A stretch of DNA of 64,000 nt from Styela clava (lineage: Eukaryota). The position numbers and the translations under genes are program-made. This document shows, in pieces, positions 1 through 10,900 of this stretch. The stretch is taken from positions 13,206,001 to 13,270,000 of the forward strand of contig NC_135257.1 of the NCBI RefSeq assembly GCF_964204865.1. The letters run 5' to 3'. The notes beneath the pieces are model-generated. The model was not told the origin of the DNA, made no database searches, and worked only from the letters and a program-made list of their open reading frames with translations. Each line of letters starts with the position of its first letter. The first letter of the stretch is position 1.

Positions 1-1880
1 AATCGTAATCCATTCGTTTTGGCAAAAACCTAATTATTACAGTTATTTGTGGCTTTTTACCTCTTCGTTAGCTCAAGCCAAAAAATTCTTATGTATGTGA
101 AATACTTTTCCTAAATCCCCTCTGGTTACAACACAACTCTATAAAAAATTGAATGAAATTGTATATTTCAAGAACAAAACTTGAACAATAAGTGTAAAAA
201 ATTTCATCAAATGAGTCTGACATTTGCTGACGGCCAGCAAGTGAATGCATAGCAATATTATTCAAACAGGCCGAATATACAAAACAAAGGCAGAAAGCTT
301 GTTGGATCAAAGTTGAACAACCACAATTTTTAGCACATTTAGTATATAACAATTGACTAGTGATCCTGTTCCTCTTTTCAAACACCTATAAGCATCCATA
401 ACATGCTCATAATTACTGTAAATCTGTTCCAATCTTCTGTACTTTGATTTGTTACAACAAGAAATACAAGTGTTTCGCAGACATATATCGGAAATGACTC
501 AAAATAGTCAGCAGCAAAATAATAATTTCTATTACACCGCCTAAAGTATAAAATTGAAAAAAACATTTTTTTCACAGTAAAATATAGGAAAAGCAATTTA
601 AGCACAGACTGTCGGGAGATGAATCGTACTTTCCTATGTGTATGTTATGGAAACATATATAAATGCAGAAATTACTGTAATTTAACATAAACAGCAAAAA
701 AATGTGAAGACAAACAATATCAAAAATTGTACCAAATAATACAATAAAATGATGAAAAGAAATGGTGATCAGCTTTTCTATCATTATTACACAAATAGTA
801 TTTGGCAGTCTCATCAAAAAGTTACCAGAAATTGGTTCAAATACGCTAATGTTTAGTTATTGCACAATACTTTTTGATGTCCGATTATGGTGATTGGTGA
901 GGTTTAACAAAATTACAGTGACTCAGACTACCATCACCGCAGATGTCCAGAGTCAGCAAATCTTACATTGTGATCAAAATAATTTGTGATAATTGTCCAG
1001 TAGGTTTGGACTTCTCACAAGGTGTATAGAACGCATGGGAAATGCTGACTTATGCATTGAAGAACAAGTTAACCAGCCAGCTTGTTTCGACCAGGGAACA
1101 CCTATCCAAATAGTAAAATTTATGAGAGCACTGTTTGAAGCATACACATTGGTGCACTATGAGGTGTTTTCATTGAACTTGCAGATTTCAGTTATATTCA
1201 AGAATTTATAATAATCAAAGTAAAATCATTGCATGCACTAAGATTAGTTGAAGGCACTGTTGATTGGATCACAGCAAAACAATATATGAACCTTATTCAC
1301 AGATTTCTAAATGCTCATAAAATTATATTTTGGTAAATGCATTGAAAACATATTGGAAATTCACCTTGAGAAATGCAGCAAGCTCTCAAAATTTATATTG
1401 GCACACTGGAATATTTTCAGTATGATTGAATTTACGGAAGTATATCAAAAAAGTTATTTAGGCAGTATTGATGCACATCTTTCATCCCATCACATACTCA
1501 AAAACAGATCAACTAATTTCCACCTTATACAAAATGGGATATATGTGTTGACAATTCAAAAGACAATGACAAATCCATCATCATAATTATGATCTATTCA
1601 AAATCCATGAATCAGTGTCTGAGTTGACGAACGTTAACAGTGAACACTCACAAGTTACCCATTTCCAAATCCATTAATATTTTATCCTTTGAATGCCCCT
1701 CACAGTCAAAGTATAGCTAAAGCTCGTTTTATTTATAATTCATTTCTGATAAAGTTGGAATTTTTACTTTATCGCAGTTTATCCAGACATACAATGTTCC
1801 AACAATTTTACTGTGCAAATTCAGTTTGGATAGCAGTTATTTTGATAGCACATTACTCATTTTTTAATGAATGATTCCAT

Positions 1881-4800
1881 TCATCGCTGATGTAACGAAG
1901 CATCTTGTAATCGATAACTGGAACTCCACAACGGAGTCCTCCCTGGAGAAGGGGAATTGGAATGAGAGGATGGTGAACCACGTTGCACCGGACTGGAGCG
2001 TTGAAATAAATATGACCCACTTGGTGAATAAGGTACCATACCTGTCGATAATCTCTGTGGGCTTACCATAACAGGCGAGGAATTGTCTTGTGTCGTCATT
2101 GGAGGCGAGAATGCCCATTTGAAAAATCCACAAGTGAGAAAAATTGCTACAGTTGTGATAAATATTACTAACAATGCTATAAGCAATCCTAAGTAACTAA
2201 AGGAATATTGGTACATAAGCCATGACTCCCTGGCTGAATCAGGGTCAACGCACACTCCACTGCTAACAGAAGTTGTTTGTGATGGGAGTTTAGGCAGCCA
2301 ATGAATTGCAATTGACACTAGTTGTTCTTGATGGGTAAGTGGTGAGAAGATCTTTAAAACATGATCTTGATTGAACTGTTGTTGTGGAATATATGATACT
2401 TCGTAACAAGCAACCCCATGGATTTCTGTGTCTGGAACTTCATGTATCTCAAGATTTCGAGATTCTGTATTGATTTCCAAGCTTTCGCGAATCGTTTGTA
2501 TTGCAGATATGCACAGTCTTAGTTTTTCATCTCTCATGACAACTTGTGATGAGTTCAGAAGTTTGAATGCTGGTAAGAATCCGACGTTGACCGGGTTTTG
2601 AAATGAAATTCCGCGATCTGCCTCATCACTATTGATGGATAATGTGATTGTGAAACTGGCATCTTCAAATAATGATACCTTCTCTTCTAAACTGGTGGCA
2701 AGATCTATTCTATCAAGCACACATGCATAGGAACCAATTTCTGGGATGTATAATGTTGACGGTTTGAATACAGTGACAGCATCTATAGTATTGACTAGAA
2801 AACTTTTACATACAAATGTATTTTGTGCAAATTTGTTCATTTCTTCTTCTAAACCATCACAAATATCACTTGTATCCCCTAACTTAATCGGCAGAATATA
2901 TTTAGACTTAGCATTAGTAATGATTTCAGGAAGCAAATTTTCATCAAAGTTGGCAGAAAAAGGTTTTGAAGACAAAGCAACCTTTGTTGAAACTGGGTCC
3001 AGAAAATATTTAAGATCAGCAGTGGCTCGAGAAAATGACATAACGGCTCCAGAAACATTATCCACCTTGAAGCCATTGTGCTTTATTTCCCACTTTCCCG
3101 GATTACCATCTTCATCGACAATTGCACTGTTGAAGCACTTCTTCGAACCAATTTCCATCAACATGTTGCTACCTTCATTATTTATAGTTGACACAGCATT
3201 CAAAGGGAAACTATATGCATATTCACTTCCAGTCCATATTTTGAAAATTGTAACACCTGTTTTTGAACATTTTACCTTGAGGATGTTTGTTGCTGGGCTA
3301 GGTGTTATTTCAAGAAGATCATTCCTATTTGTACCAAATTTATCACATAGAACTGTAGTATCGAACTTCATTCCATTACTATCAAATTGCTGAACTTCTA
3401 AAGATAATAATGACCCTACAGGAAAACCAGTGAGATGATCATCAGAGTTTTTGGTATAGAATTTTTCTTTTACCTGTGCAATAATATAAGAAACTAATTT
3501 TACCTTAACATGAATTGCCAAAGTCTGTGTAATGCCGAAGCGCTCTTCTGCCGAAACAACAATGGTTGCTTGGCAAGGACTTTTTCCTGTAGTGATGCTC
3601 CTTAGTTCATTATTCACAGTTACACAATCATCATCGTTATTACCGCTGATATTGAGATTGCATTCCTCACATAGTTTCATGTAATTCATTCTAGAAACTA
3701 GTCCATCTCGATTCGACAAAAGATAATATGAAGTTTCTGGTGTTAGTAAAAGATTATTTTGGGAAAGCCACAATTTTTCCTGAGATATTATCAGTGGATT
3801 GAACACCACTACTTTAATCTCAGCGTCCAACTGTGCATTTGCCAATTGTCCAAGGTTTATTCGAGTTGCTGATACTGAAACAGATATCCCACTCTGGCCT
3901 TCTCCTATCCCATTTATCAGCACTGTAAATTTGAGTCTATCAGGAATTTCTATGCCGGCTTCAGCATGAGCAGATTTTAAATCCAAGACAGCATGATTAT
4001 TTACTTTCCATTTAAAGACAAGTCCTGCCGCATCACTATCTAAATTTACTGGGTCATATCCAGGTCCAGCATAACCATAAACATGGAGAGGTACTGTTGC
4101 TCCAGTTTGAAAGCGGAAAGTTGGACTATCAATCCATACACCTTTTATTTGAACAACAAAAACAAAAGACTTTGATTTTCCATGAAAAACTTGACCATCT
4201 TTTGTCGTGGCTTTCACACTTACTGTTGTATTACCTATCTGATGGGCTGACAAAACGCCATCATGTGAAGAACTTGCTATACCTTCATCTTCTACAACAT
4301 AATGAATTTGTACATCTTCTGGTGGACCACCCTCCACATATAGATGAAATTCAGAACCTCTAATCACAGTGATTCTTGATGGTTTTAATTCCAGTGGTGG
4401 AAATACAACAATTCTAACAGAGTTACTGGATATTAATTTACCGTCTCTGGATGTTGTTGAGGCCCTTATCGTAGTTGTGCCTACTTTGAGTGCAGTCAAA
4501 TCAGCAAGAAATATCAAGTCATCATGCCTGTTTGGTTCTCCAAGTGAAATGATACCAGGTGGTTCAGACATCAAATTTATGCTCAAATCCAATTCATTTG
4601 GAGCAGAAAGTTCTCTCATATCAAGGCGAATTGTTGCTTTCCCAGTTGTTCCCACCTCAAGAGGGCTAGAGACCTCGAGGAAAAGAGATGACAAATCCGA
4701 TACCACTATACCAGCTCTAGATTTCGCTCCTTCCGTTTTCGTTGCCTTTGGAATGCAAAGATCAAAAATTTCCAAAGATGCATGCCCTGCGGAAACTGGA

Positions 4801-7718
4801 TTGAGTATAACTTTCCGGTCTGAGGGAAGTTTATGAACTGTTAAAACAACATCCTTGGCTATTCCAAAATTCGATTCAGTTTTAATTTCGTGATCAAAAT
4901 ATCCCGATCCTCCAATAATCTCAATTGACGAACTGAAATTTGGTCTATTAAACATTACAATAGACTGTGGGGATAATGTTATAACATTTACTATATCTAA
5001 TGCCACAGATGCTTGAACAGATGGACTGACTTTGCAGTCATACTTGGAGCATATGTCTCTTTTTACAAAATCTTCATACCTGTCAATGTGTAATTGCAAT
5101 GCCTTTTCTCCCACATCTCTAGGCATCAACAGGCCTTGGCGTATGAAGTGCTTCGTTTGTCCATCAGAATTAGGCACAAATTGCGACTTTGTAGTACTCG
5201 CAGAAACCATTGAAAATGAAGACGATATCCAACGCTTGGATAATGAGGTAAAATTATCAAATTGATAACCAAATTTATCAAAAGCGGTCACTGTGAGATG
5301 CAAAATATCACCAGCAAGAGCAACAGAATGTTCATTTTGATTTTGAAATAACGGGCAGGATGGAGGAAGATTTTGTACAGCAAGTTTTACTGAAGCAGGA
5401 GTGGCACAAGAAAGCTTCAGTGTGATTTGAGCTTTTCTTGGAAAAGGATTTGTTCCACATGGCCTATTCTGAATATTTAAAGTTACAGTTGTTTCACCCA
5501 AAACCATGCAAGTTCCAATGAAAATGTATTCTTTGCCTGAAAGTTGTTGATGAAAGTTGAAATTTGCATTGTCTCCCCTTATAATTTTCTCGTGATTGTT
5601 CGGAAGCAATGGCCATGGGTCTGGTCCACCTTCAAAACGCATCATTTTGGAAGAAGCTAATGATACAACAGCTATCTGTGAAGGGTCTAGTATTTTAAGT
5701 GGTTCATATGCAGCAATAACTGTAGAAGATTCCAGAGTTTCCTCTAGAAGTTTATTGCGATAGGACAGTGATACAGTGGTATGTCCACTCTTCAAAGCCT
5801 TTACTTTGCGCATCAAGCATGGTGGTGTCTGTGGAACTGGATCTAAAAATTCATCTGGCACTTGCTCAGTATTCTTTGCAAATTTAAAAATGTTGGTATC
5901 ATGTATAGTCCACACAAGACTTTTCATGATAGAGCAATCAGTAAAGGCTACATATTCATTGTTAATCTTAGCATACATTGAGATATACAGATTCAACTCA
6001 TCTCCAACTTCAGCCTCAAGGTAAGATATGGCAAATTTCAGTTTTGCAGGAGGGGCTATAGTGACAGTAGCTGTACCAAAATGAAAGGAATTGCGTATAT
6101 CAGCTGCTTTTACTGCTATTTTTCTTGGATGATGCTTTTCATCAGATCCACTAGAAACACTAACTTTACCTGTGTATGAAATACTAGATGATTCAGTTTC
6201 ATTTACAGACCAGGTATAATTTCCGCTCCCACCAGATGCTTGAAATGTATATTGATACAGAAGAGGATCAGGCTGCCATGGGAAGAGTACAGCAGGAGGA
6301 GTTACAACAATTCTATCAAAAATTTCCAAATTTTGAAAAGTGGAAATCGGAGAATCAAATATCTCCATGTTCTCACTACCTTTACTAAAAATACCAGCTT
6401 GCATAATCATAGATCCAACATTGACAACACCTTTCAAAAGTGACTTTATGTCACAATTTCCTTTTGTTAGAGCTTTCACAAGAAACCAAGTTCCATTTTT
6501 TACTGTTTCAAGTACGTTGAGATATTTATTATCCAGTTCACCAACTAAACGAACATTATTAGCTGGCCATATTTCCTTATTATCTTCACTATAAATATGA
6601 ACTGTTATTTCATATATTCTACCAACTTCCAAAATCCATTTTTGATATGGCGAGATTTCAAATCTTAAATATGCAGCTTCTACAACATATATATCCGAGG
6701 TTGCCTGTTCCATAAGTGAATCGTCATAGTGTTTCAGGTGTTGGTCAACCAAATACAACTGACTGTGCCCCCCATTCAAACCCACTACAACAGAGGTCTC
6801 CTTGTTGAGGTGGATCACAGATCCAGGAGTTCCAGTGATGTCACGAACATCCAACACATATTGTGGACAAGGCATAGTAATCTGGGAAGGTATTCCTTCT
6901 CTCCATCGCTCAACTTTGTATTCCACAACAGCATGTTTTAACAAGTATATATCATGAGAAGGATTCAAAAGAACTTTATCCCTGACAATGAACCTGACAC
7001 TACACGTTGAAATCGCTTTGTGACATTCTATTGTGCTCACCAACTTAGCCACAACAACGGCTGCCCCTGTTTGAATTCCAGATATCAAAATTGTATCTGA
7101 CATTTTACCTTTAACTTCAAGCGAGTCCACATATGGATCTGCAACATATATTGTATCAAGGAATTTCTGAATGTGAAGGATACTGTGGGATGACACAGGC
7201 GGGTGATGCATTTCACCATCAGATCCTTTGTGGTATTTTTCATCTTGTGCTAGACTCCACTCAAATTCCATACCTGCTGTACTGCTAAAAGTATTTCCTT
7301 CTTGATCCAAAGCTCTAATCTTCAATTCTTCTGGTGGGTCGGCCAAATAAAGTTCACGAGTTCTGGACACAATATCTATAGTTTCGATTCTATCTACGAT
7401 AATATCACATGAAAATATAGTTCCAGTTTTTACATTGGTGGCAAGAACTAGAGTAGTCTTTCGAACTGGTTGCGTACTCATGACAATTACAATAGCAGAT
7501 GAAGAGCACATATTGACTGGATCAAAAGCACTTTCGATAGGTCTGATGGTGGCAACTTCTTGTCGCAGAGATTTCCATTGATAGCAACCATCTTCAGCAT
7601 GTATTGTATAATTGACCTGGTAATCTCCATGAAATGGAAGAAGAATTTTTGGCTCTATAGCACCTTCACAGAAATGTAATAGAAAGATGAAACATATTCG
7701 GATATATATTGGTAACAT
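1881..7718 (-). CDS. NUP210: Nuclear pore membrane glycoprotein 210 (gp210), single-exon CDS
   Basis: 1951-aa ORF with N-terminal signal peptide (MLPIYIRICFIFLLHFCEG), gp210-like N-terminus (PKILLPF...GCYQWKS...CDIIVDRI), repeated Ig-like beta-rich segments, one C-terminal TM helix (YLGLLIALLVIFITTVAIFL) and a Ser/Pro-rich tail. True ATG probably 7718, just after acceptor ttctttttcag at ~7738; the ORF-track start at 7736 is a GTG. Confidence 0.93.
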   Translation of the reverse strand: MLPIYIRICFIFLLHFCEGAIEPKILLPFHGDYQVNYTIHAEDGCYQWKSLRQEVATIRPIESAFDPVNMCSSSAIVIVMSTQPVRKTTLVLATNVKTGTIFSCDIIVDRIETIDIVSRTRELYLADPPEELKIRALDQEGNTFSSTAGMEFEWSLAQDEKYHKGSDGEMHHPPVSSHSILHIQKFLDTIYVADPYVDSLEVKGKMSDTILISGIQTGAAVVVAKLVSTIECHKAISTCSVRFIVRDKVLLNPSHDIYLLKHAVVEYKVERWREGIPSQITMPCPQYVLDVRDITGTPGSVIHLNKETSVVVGLNGGHSQLYLVDQHLKHYDDSLMEQATSDIYVVEAAYLRFEISPYQKWILEVGRIYEITVHIYSEDNKEIWPANNVRLVGELDNKYLNVLETVKNGTWFLVKALTKGNCDIKSLLKGVVNVGSMIMQAGIFSKGSENMEIFDSPISTFQNLEIFDRIVVTPPAVLFPWQPDPLLYQYTFQASGGSGNYTWSVNETESSSISYTGKVSVSSGSDEKHHPRKIAVKAADIRNSFHFGTATVTIAPPAKLKFAISYLEAEVGDELNLYISMYAKINNEYVAFTDCSIMKSLVWTIHDTNIFKFAKNTEQVPDEFLDPVPQTPPCLMRKVKALKSGHTTVSLSYRNKLLEETLESSTVIAAYEPLKILDPSQIAVVSLASSKMMRFEGGPDPWPLLPNNHEKIIRGDNANFNFHQQLSGKEYIFIGTCMVLGETTVTLNIQNRPCGTNPFPRKAQITLKLSCATPASVKLAVQNLPPSCPLFQNQNEHSVALAGDILHLTVTAFDKFGYQFDNFTSLSKRWISSSFSMVSASTTKSQFVPNSDGQTKHFIRQGLLMPRDVGEKALQLHIDRYEDFVKRDICSKYDCKVSPSVQASVALDIVNVITLSPQSIVMFNRPNFSSSIEIIGGSGYFDHEIKTESNFGIAKDVVLTVHKLPSDRKVILNPVSAGHASLEIFDLCIPKATKTEGAKSRAGIVVSDLSSLFLEVSSPLEVGTTGKATIRLDMRELSAPNELDLSINLMSEPPGIISLGEPNRHDDLIFLADLTALKVGTTTIRASTTSRDGKLISSNSVRIVVFPPLELKPSRITVIRGSEFHLYVEGGPPEDVQIHYVVEDEGIASSSHDGVLSAHQIGNTTVSVKATTKDGQVFHGKSKSFVFVVQIKGVWIDSPTFRFQTGATVPLHVYGYAGPGYDPVNLDSDAAGLVFKWKVNNHAVLDLKSAHAEAGIEIPDRLKFTVLINGIGEGQSGISVSVSATRINLGQLANAQLDAEIKVVVFNPLIISQEKLWLSQNNLLLTPETSYYLLSNRDGLVSRMNYMKLCEECNLNISGNNDDDCVTVNNELRSITTGKSPCQATIVVSAEERFGITQTLAIHVKVKLVSYIIAQVKEKFYTKNSDDHLTGFPVGSLLSLEVQQFDSNGMKFDTTVLCDKFGTNRNDLLEITPSPATNILKVKCSKTGVTIFKIWTGSEYAYSFPLNAVSTINNEGSNMLMEIGSKKCFNSAIVDEDGNPGKWEIKHNGFKVDNVSGAVMSFSRATADLKYFLDPVSTKVALSSKPFSANFDENLLPEIITNAKSKYILPIKLGDTSDICDGLEEEMNKFAQNTFVCKSFLVNTIDAVTVFKPSTLYIPEIGSYACVLDRIDLATSLEEKVSLFEDASFTITLSINSDEADRGISFQNPVNVGFLPAFKLLNSSQVVMRDEKLRLCISAIQTIRESLEINTESRNLEIHEVPDTEIHGVACYEVSYIPQQQFNQDHVLKIFSPLTHQEQLVSIAIHWLPKLPSQTTSVSSGVCVDPDSARESWLMYQYSFSYLGLLIALLVIFITTVAIFLTCGFFKWAFSPPMTTQDNSSPVMVSPQRLSTGMVPYSPSGSYLFQRSSPVQRGSPSSHSNSPSPGRTPLWSSSYRLQDASLHQR

Positions 7719-10074
7719 CTCTGCTCCACAAATCACCTGAAAAAGAACAGAACTATATATATTTATATGCGATCAACCTTACCTTTGCCAGCAGTACTAT
7801 TTAGGCTTCATGGAATGTAGCATACATTTTCATATGTTAATATTTAATGACATTTTCATTTTATTGGGTGCTTAGGTGAACATTTTATATAAAAACTACT
7901 GAACTGTACTTTTGTTGAATTTCAAAGCAGTTAAAAATAATTTTTTCTACAGACAATAAAATGCTGAAACTTCTAATATTATTTCAAAACTACAAAATTA
8001 TCTGAAATTACTTCTTTTTAAGTGGACATTTTTTAAGACATGAATAGCAATTAGATTTCTCATAGAAGATGGTCCATCCGCCAACCCTTAACCTAAAAAA
8101 ACATAAGTGTTTACATTGAAAGGTATTTGTGAGCTCCATTTACCTGTTACTTTTTCCAGTGATGTCGTTACAGCTTTCCTATATTCAAGGGAGATAGCAA
8201 TTAACTAAAGTTATGATTGCTGATAATAAAGAAAAATATATATTAATTAAATTAAAACTTATACCAGCGAGCAAAACTTCGAAAATGAAATGTGCAAAAG
8301 ATAAAATAAACTTTTTAACAATATTTAACAACACATGTGAAACACACACTTTTAGCTTAGTCGTACAATAATACAATGCTTTCAGCCCTAGTTGACATAA
8401 TTAAAGTAAGTGAAAGGCATAAAATACTGAAATACCGAACTAATTTATTACTTGTTATTATTACGATGACTGTTATTTCATTTTGATTGACAAAAAAATA
8501 AATCTCTTTCTCTCTGCAATAGGGAGTGATAAATTTACCAACAATCAATAAGTTATAGAGCAATCAGTACCTCAGTATAAATCAACAAGATTCGATCAAT
8601 CGATTTGTCCAAACTAAGGTAAAGTAGTATGTTTTAAAGGTAATAGCACCCATCAGCAAAGTACAAAGATATAATAATTCAAACTAAAATAACTCGGCTA
8701 GCAAGTTAACAGCATTCCGATATTCCAATTTCTATCGAAAAAAATACTTTTGTATATTGAAAAATATACATTTGTATATATATTGAAAAATATACTTTCG
8801 TGTCTTTATACTTTTTATATATTTATAAATATACAAGACTACCGGTACTTATTTATATATATTTTTTTGTATATCTTTAAAATATTACTTCAGTACTTAT
8901 TTTAAGTAGACCTATCTCCCTATTTTATATATAAATAAAAAAATTAATATAAATCATTACTGAATTTCATACATACAGACATATGAAACAATTCCATAAT
9001 TATTATTGAACAGTTGTATCAACATTATAGCAGATCCATTGTAAATCCCATTTGGCAGTTTGGTGTCATCACCTAGGCTATTACAGTATTAGTTATATGT
9101 TTCATGATGCCATTTAGAAATATTTTAATTAACGCATGAAAAAGCAAATTTCAAGAATTAGTTCCACTTCATTATGATAGGGATAGGATTTATATTTAAG
9201 AACAGATCTTTTACTTATTCTGAGTATCCTCTCAGAGTAATATCCATCAACCGGTCGAAATACGTGTAGCTCAATCGTGGTGAAAACGAAGTTACAAATT
9301 ACCAATATCCCAATGCAATGCACGCCCAGCACGTCGTTTGCTATTTTGGCGCGACGAGATTGTCAAATGCAATAAGCAAAACTGCGACATCTCGCGACGA
9401 TCGGTAAAACGGTTCTCGTGGTCTAGCAAGTGTGGGATTATAAGTTTTCGAATATCTGAATATAGGAAAAGTTACCGTATCTGTCACGTCGTTATAAGCT
9501 TGGATGGCGAAAGAATGAGCGTGATTTCATGTGAGTTTGTACACACACCGACCGTTTGGAACTTCAGAAGTATGAACAGATAAATCAGTAAAATGAACGG
9601 TATGGTACGTGGTATTGTTATACGGTACCGTACCCGTACCGTAAGCATCAATATTCTCATTTTGACATTTTTGAATGATTGATTGCCGCAATGATGGAGA
9701 GGCTTTTCATTATTGATCCGTAACTTTATCGGTTGGTGATGTCACAAAATACGGTATGTTCCAGAATCCCTTAGTTTTGTCACAATACAGCAATATGAAA
9801 ATGCTGCAATGCCTGTCTGGCACATCTCTCACATAACATGGACAGGCGCTGAGTGTGTGTTCCCAAACATGGCAGCCATATGCCGCCACCAAAAGTGCGA
9901 TATACAGCAGGATATATGATGCGCAAGCCTTTGGTTCCTGACCACTGTTTTAAATCCTATATCTGTATGTTTTCATTAAATATTAATTTTTTATTATAAC
10001 ATGTTAATATGCTCCTAATCTGCCTAATATTTGTATAAGAGCTGTTACTAAACCTTCAGACCTTTGATGTAGAG

Positions 10075-10613
10075 CAGCGGTTCCCATAATTTTTGTTCAT
10101 GCAACACCAAATTACCAGGAATATACTCGCGGCACTTACATGAAAAAATTGCTGCCTTTGGAAATAAGACTTTTGTGATCGTTGATGTGTACGCTTTGGG
10201 CCTAAAGAATAAACGCAAAATGTCAACTCTTCTTCCTCATGTCTGCCTGATTTTTCCTTGAAATACTAAAAAAAATCACTCATGTTCGCTAAACTCGATT
10301 CAGCAAATAAATAATCTTCAGCTCGCCAAATTGCAGCAATTAGTGTCTAGGCTACCTCTACTGTTACATAGCAATAGAGGTAGACACTACGTATCAGAAA
10401 GTGAGCGATATAGAAGGTTAAAATGAATTTATTATTCATGTACACAGCATTCAAAATAAGAAACGATAAAGCATTCATAATAAACACAATATGCAAAATG
10501 CTCAATAACATATTAGTTATTAGTAAAATGCTCAATAACATATTAGTTATGTTTAACACAATTCTTTAATTTTCGGGGCGCACTAAGCAAATCGCCTTTT
10601 TTGGGAACCACTG
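10075..10613. mobile_element. Non-autonomous hAT (Charlie-like) element upstream of the TAF2 CDS
   Basis: TIRs CAGCGGTTCCCA ... TGGGAACCACTG in TAGA-containing flanks (imperfect TSD); internal 30-bp tandem duplication at ~10495-10550. Confidence 0.65.
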
Positions 10614-10900
10614 CTAGAGAATGCACAAGGTGCAAATCATTGGGAGGTATAAATCCCATCCGAAAATGTAATCTCATCATGTTATCCACTGCAAGTACTA
10701 GAAATCCCTTAGGTCAAATCAAGGTGCGTCTGGCGGTTTCACCCAGTTATTCCAATCTGGTCCTCTTGTATTAAAATTGCACACCCCTGCACTAGAACAT
10801 AGTAATACCGTTTTAGAAACAACTGATTTGTTCTGCTAATAAAATTCTTTTAAACCTGCATATTCATATTCAGAGTTTTAGATGAGTTAACAATCAGACA

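Noticed and set aside
1-1880. Short ORFs downstream of NUP210
   Set aside because: No recognisable domain or consistent exon chain; probably UTR/intergenic, though exons of a gene extending left of the window cannot be excluded.
2746-6941. Plus-strand ORFs (up to 215 aa) opposite NUP210, and similar ORFs opposite TAF2, DNAAF2 and AK8
   Set aside because: Antisense shadows of long coding sequences, with no independent motifs.
9715-9727. 12-nt match to 28S rRNA (GATCCGTAACTT)
   Set aside because: Too short, and no adjacent D box on the antisense strand; likely chance.
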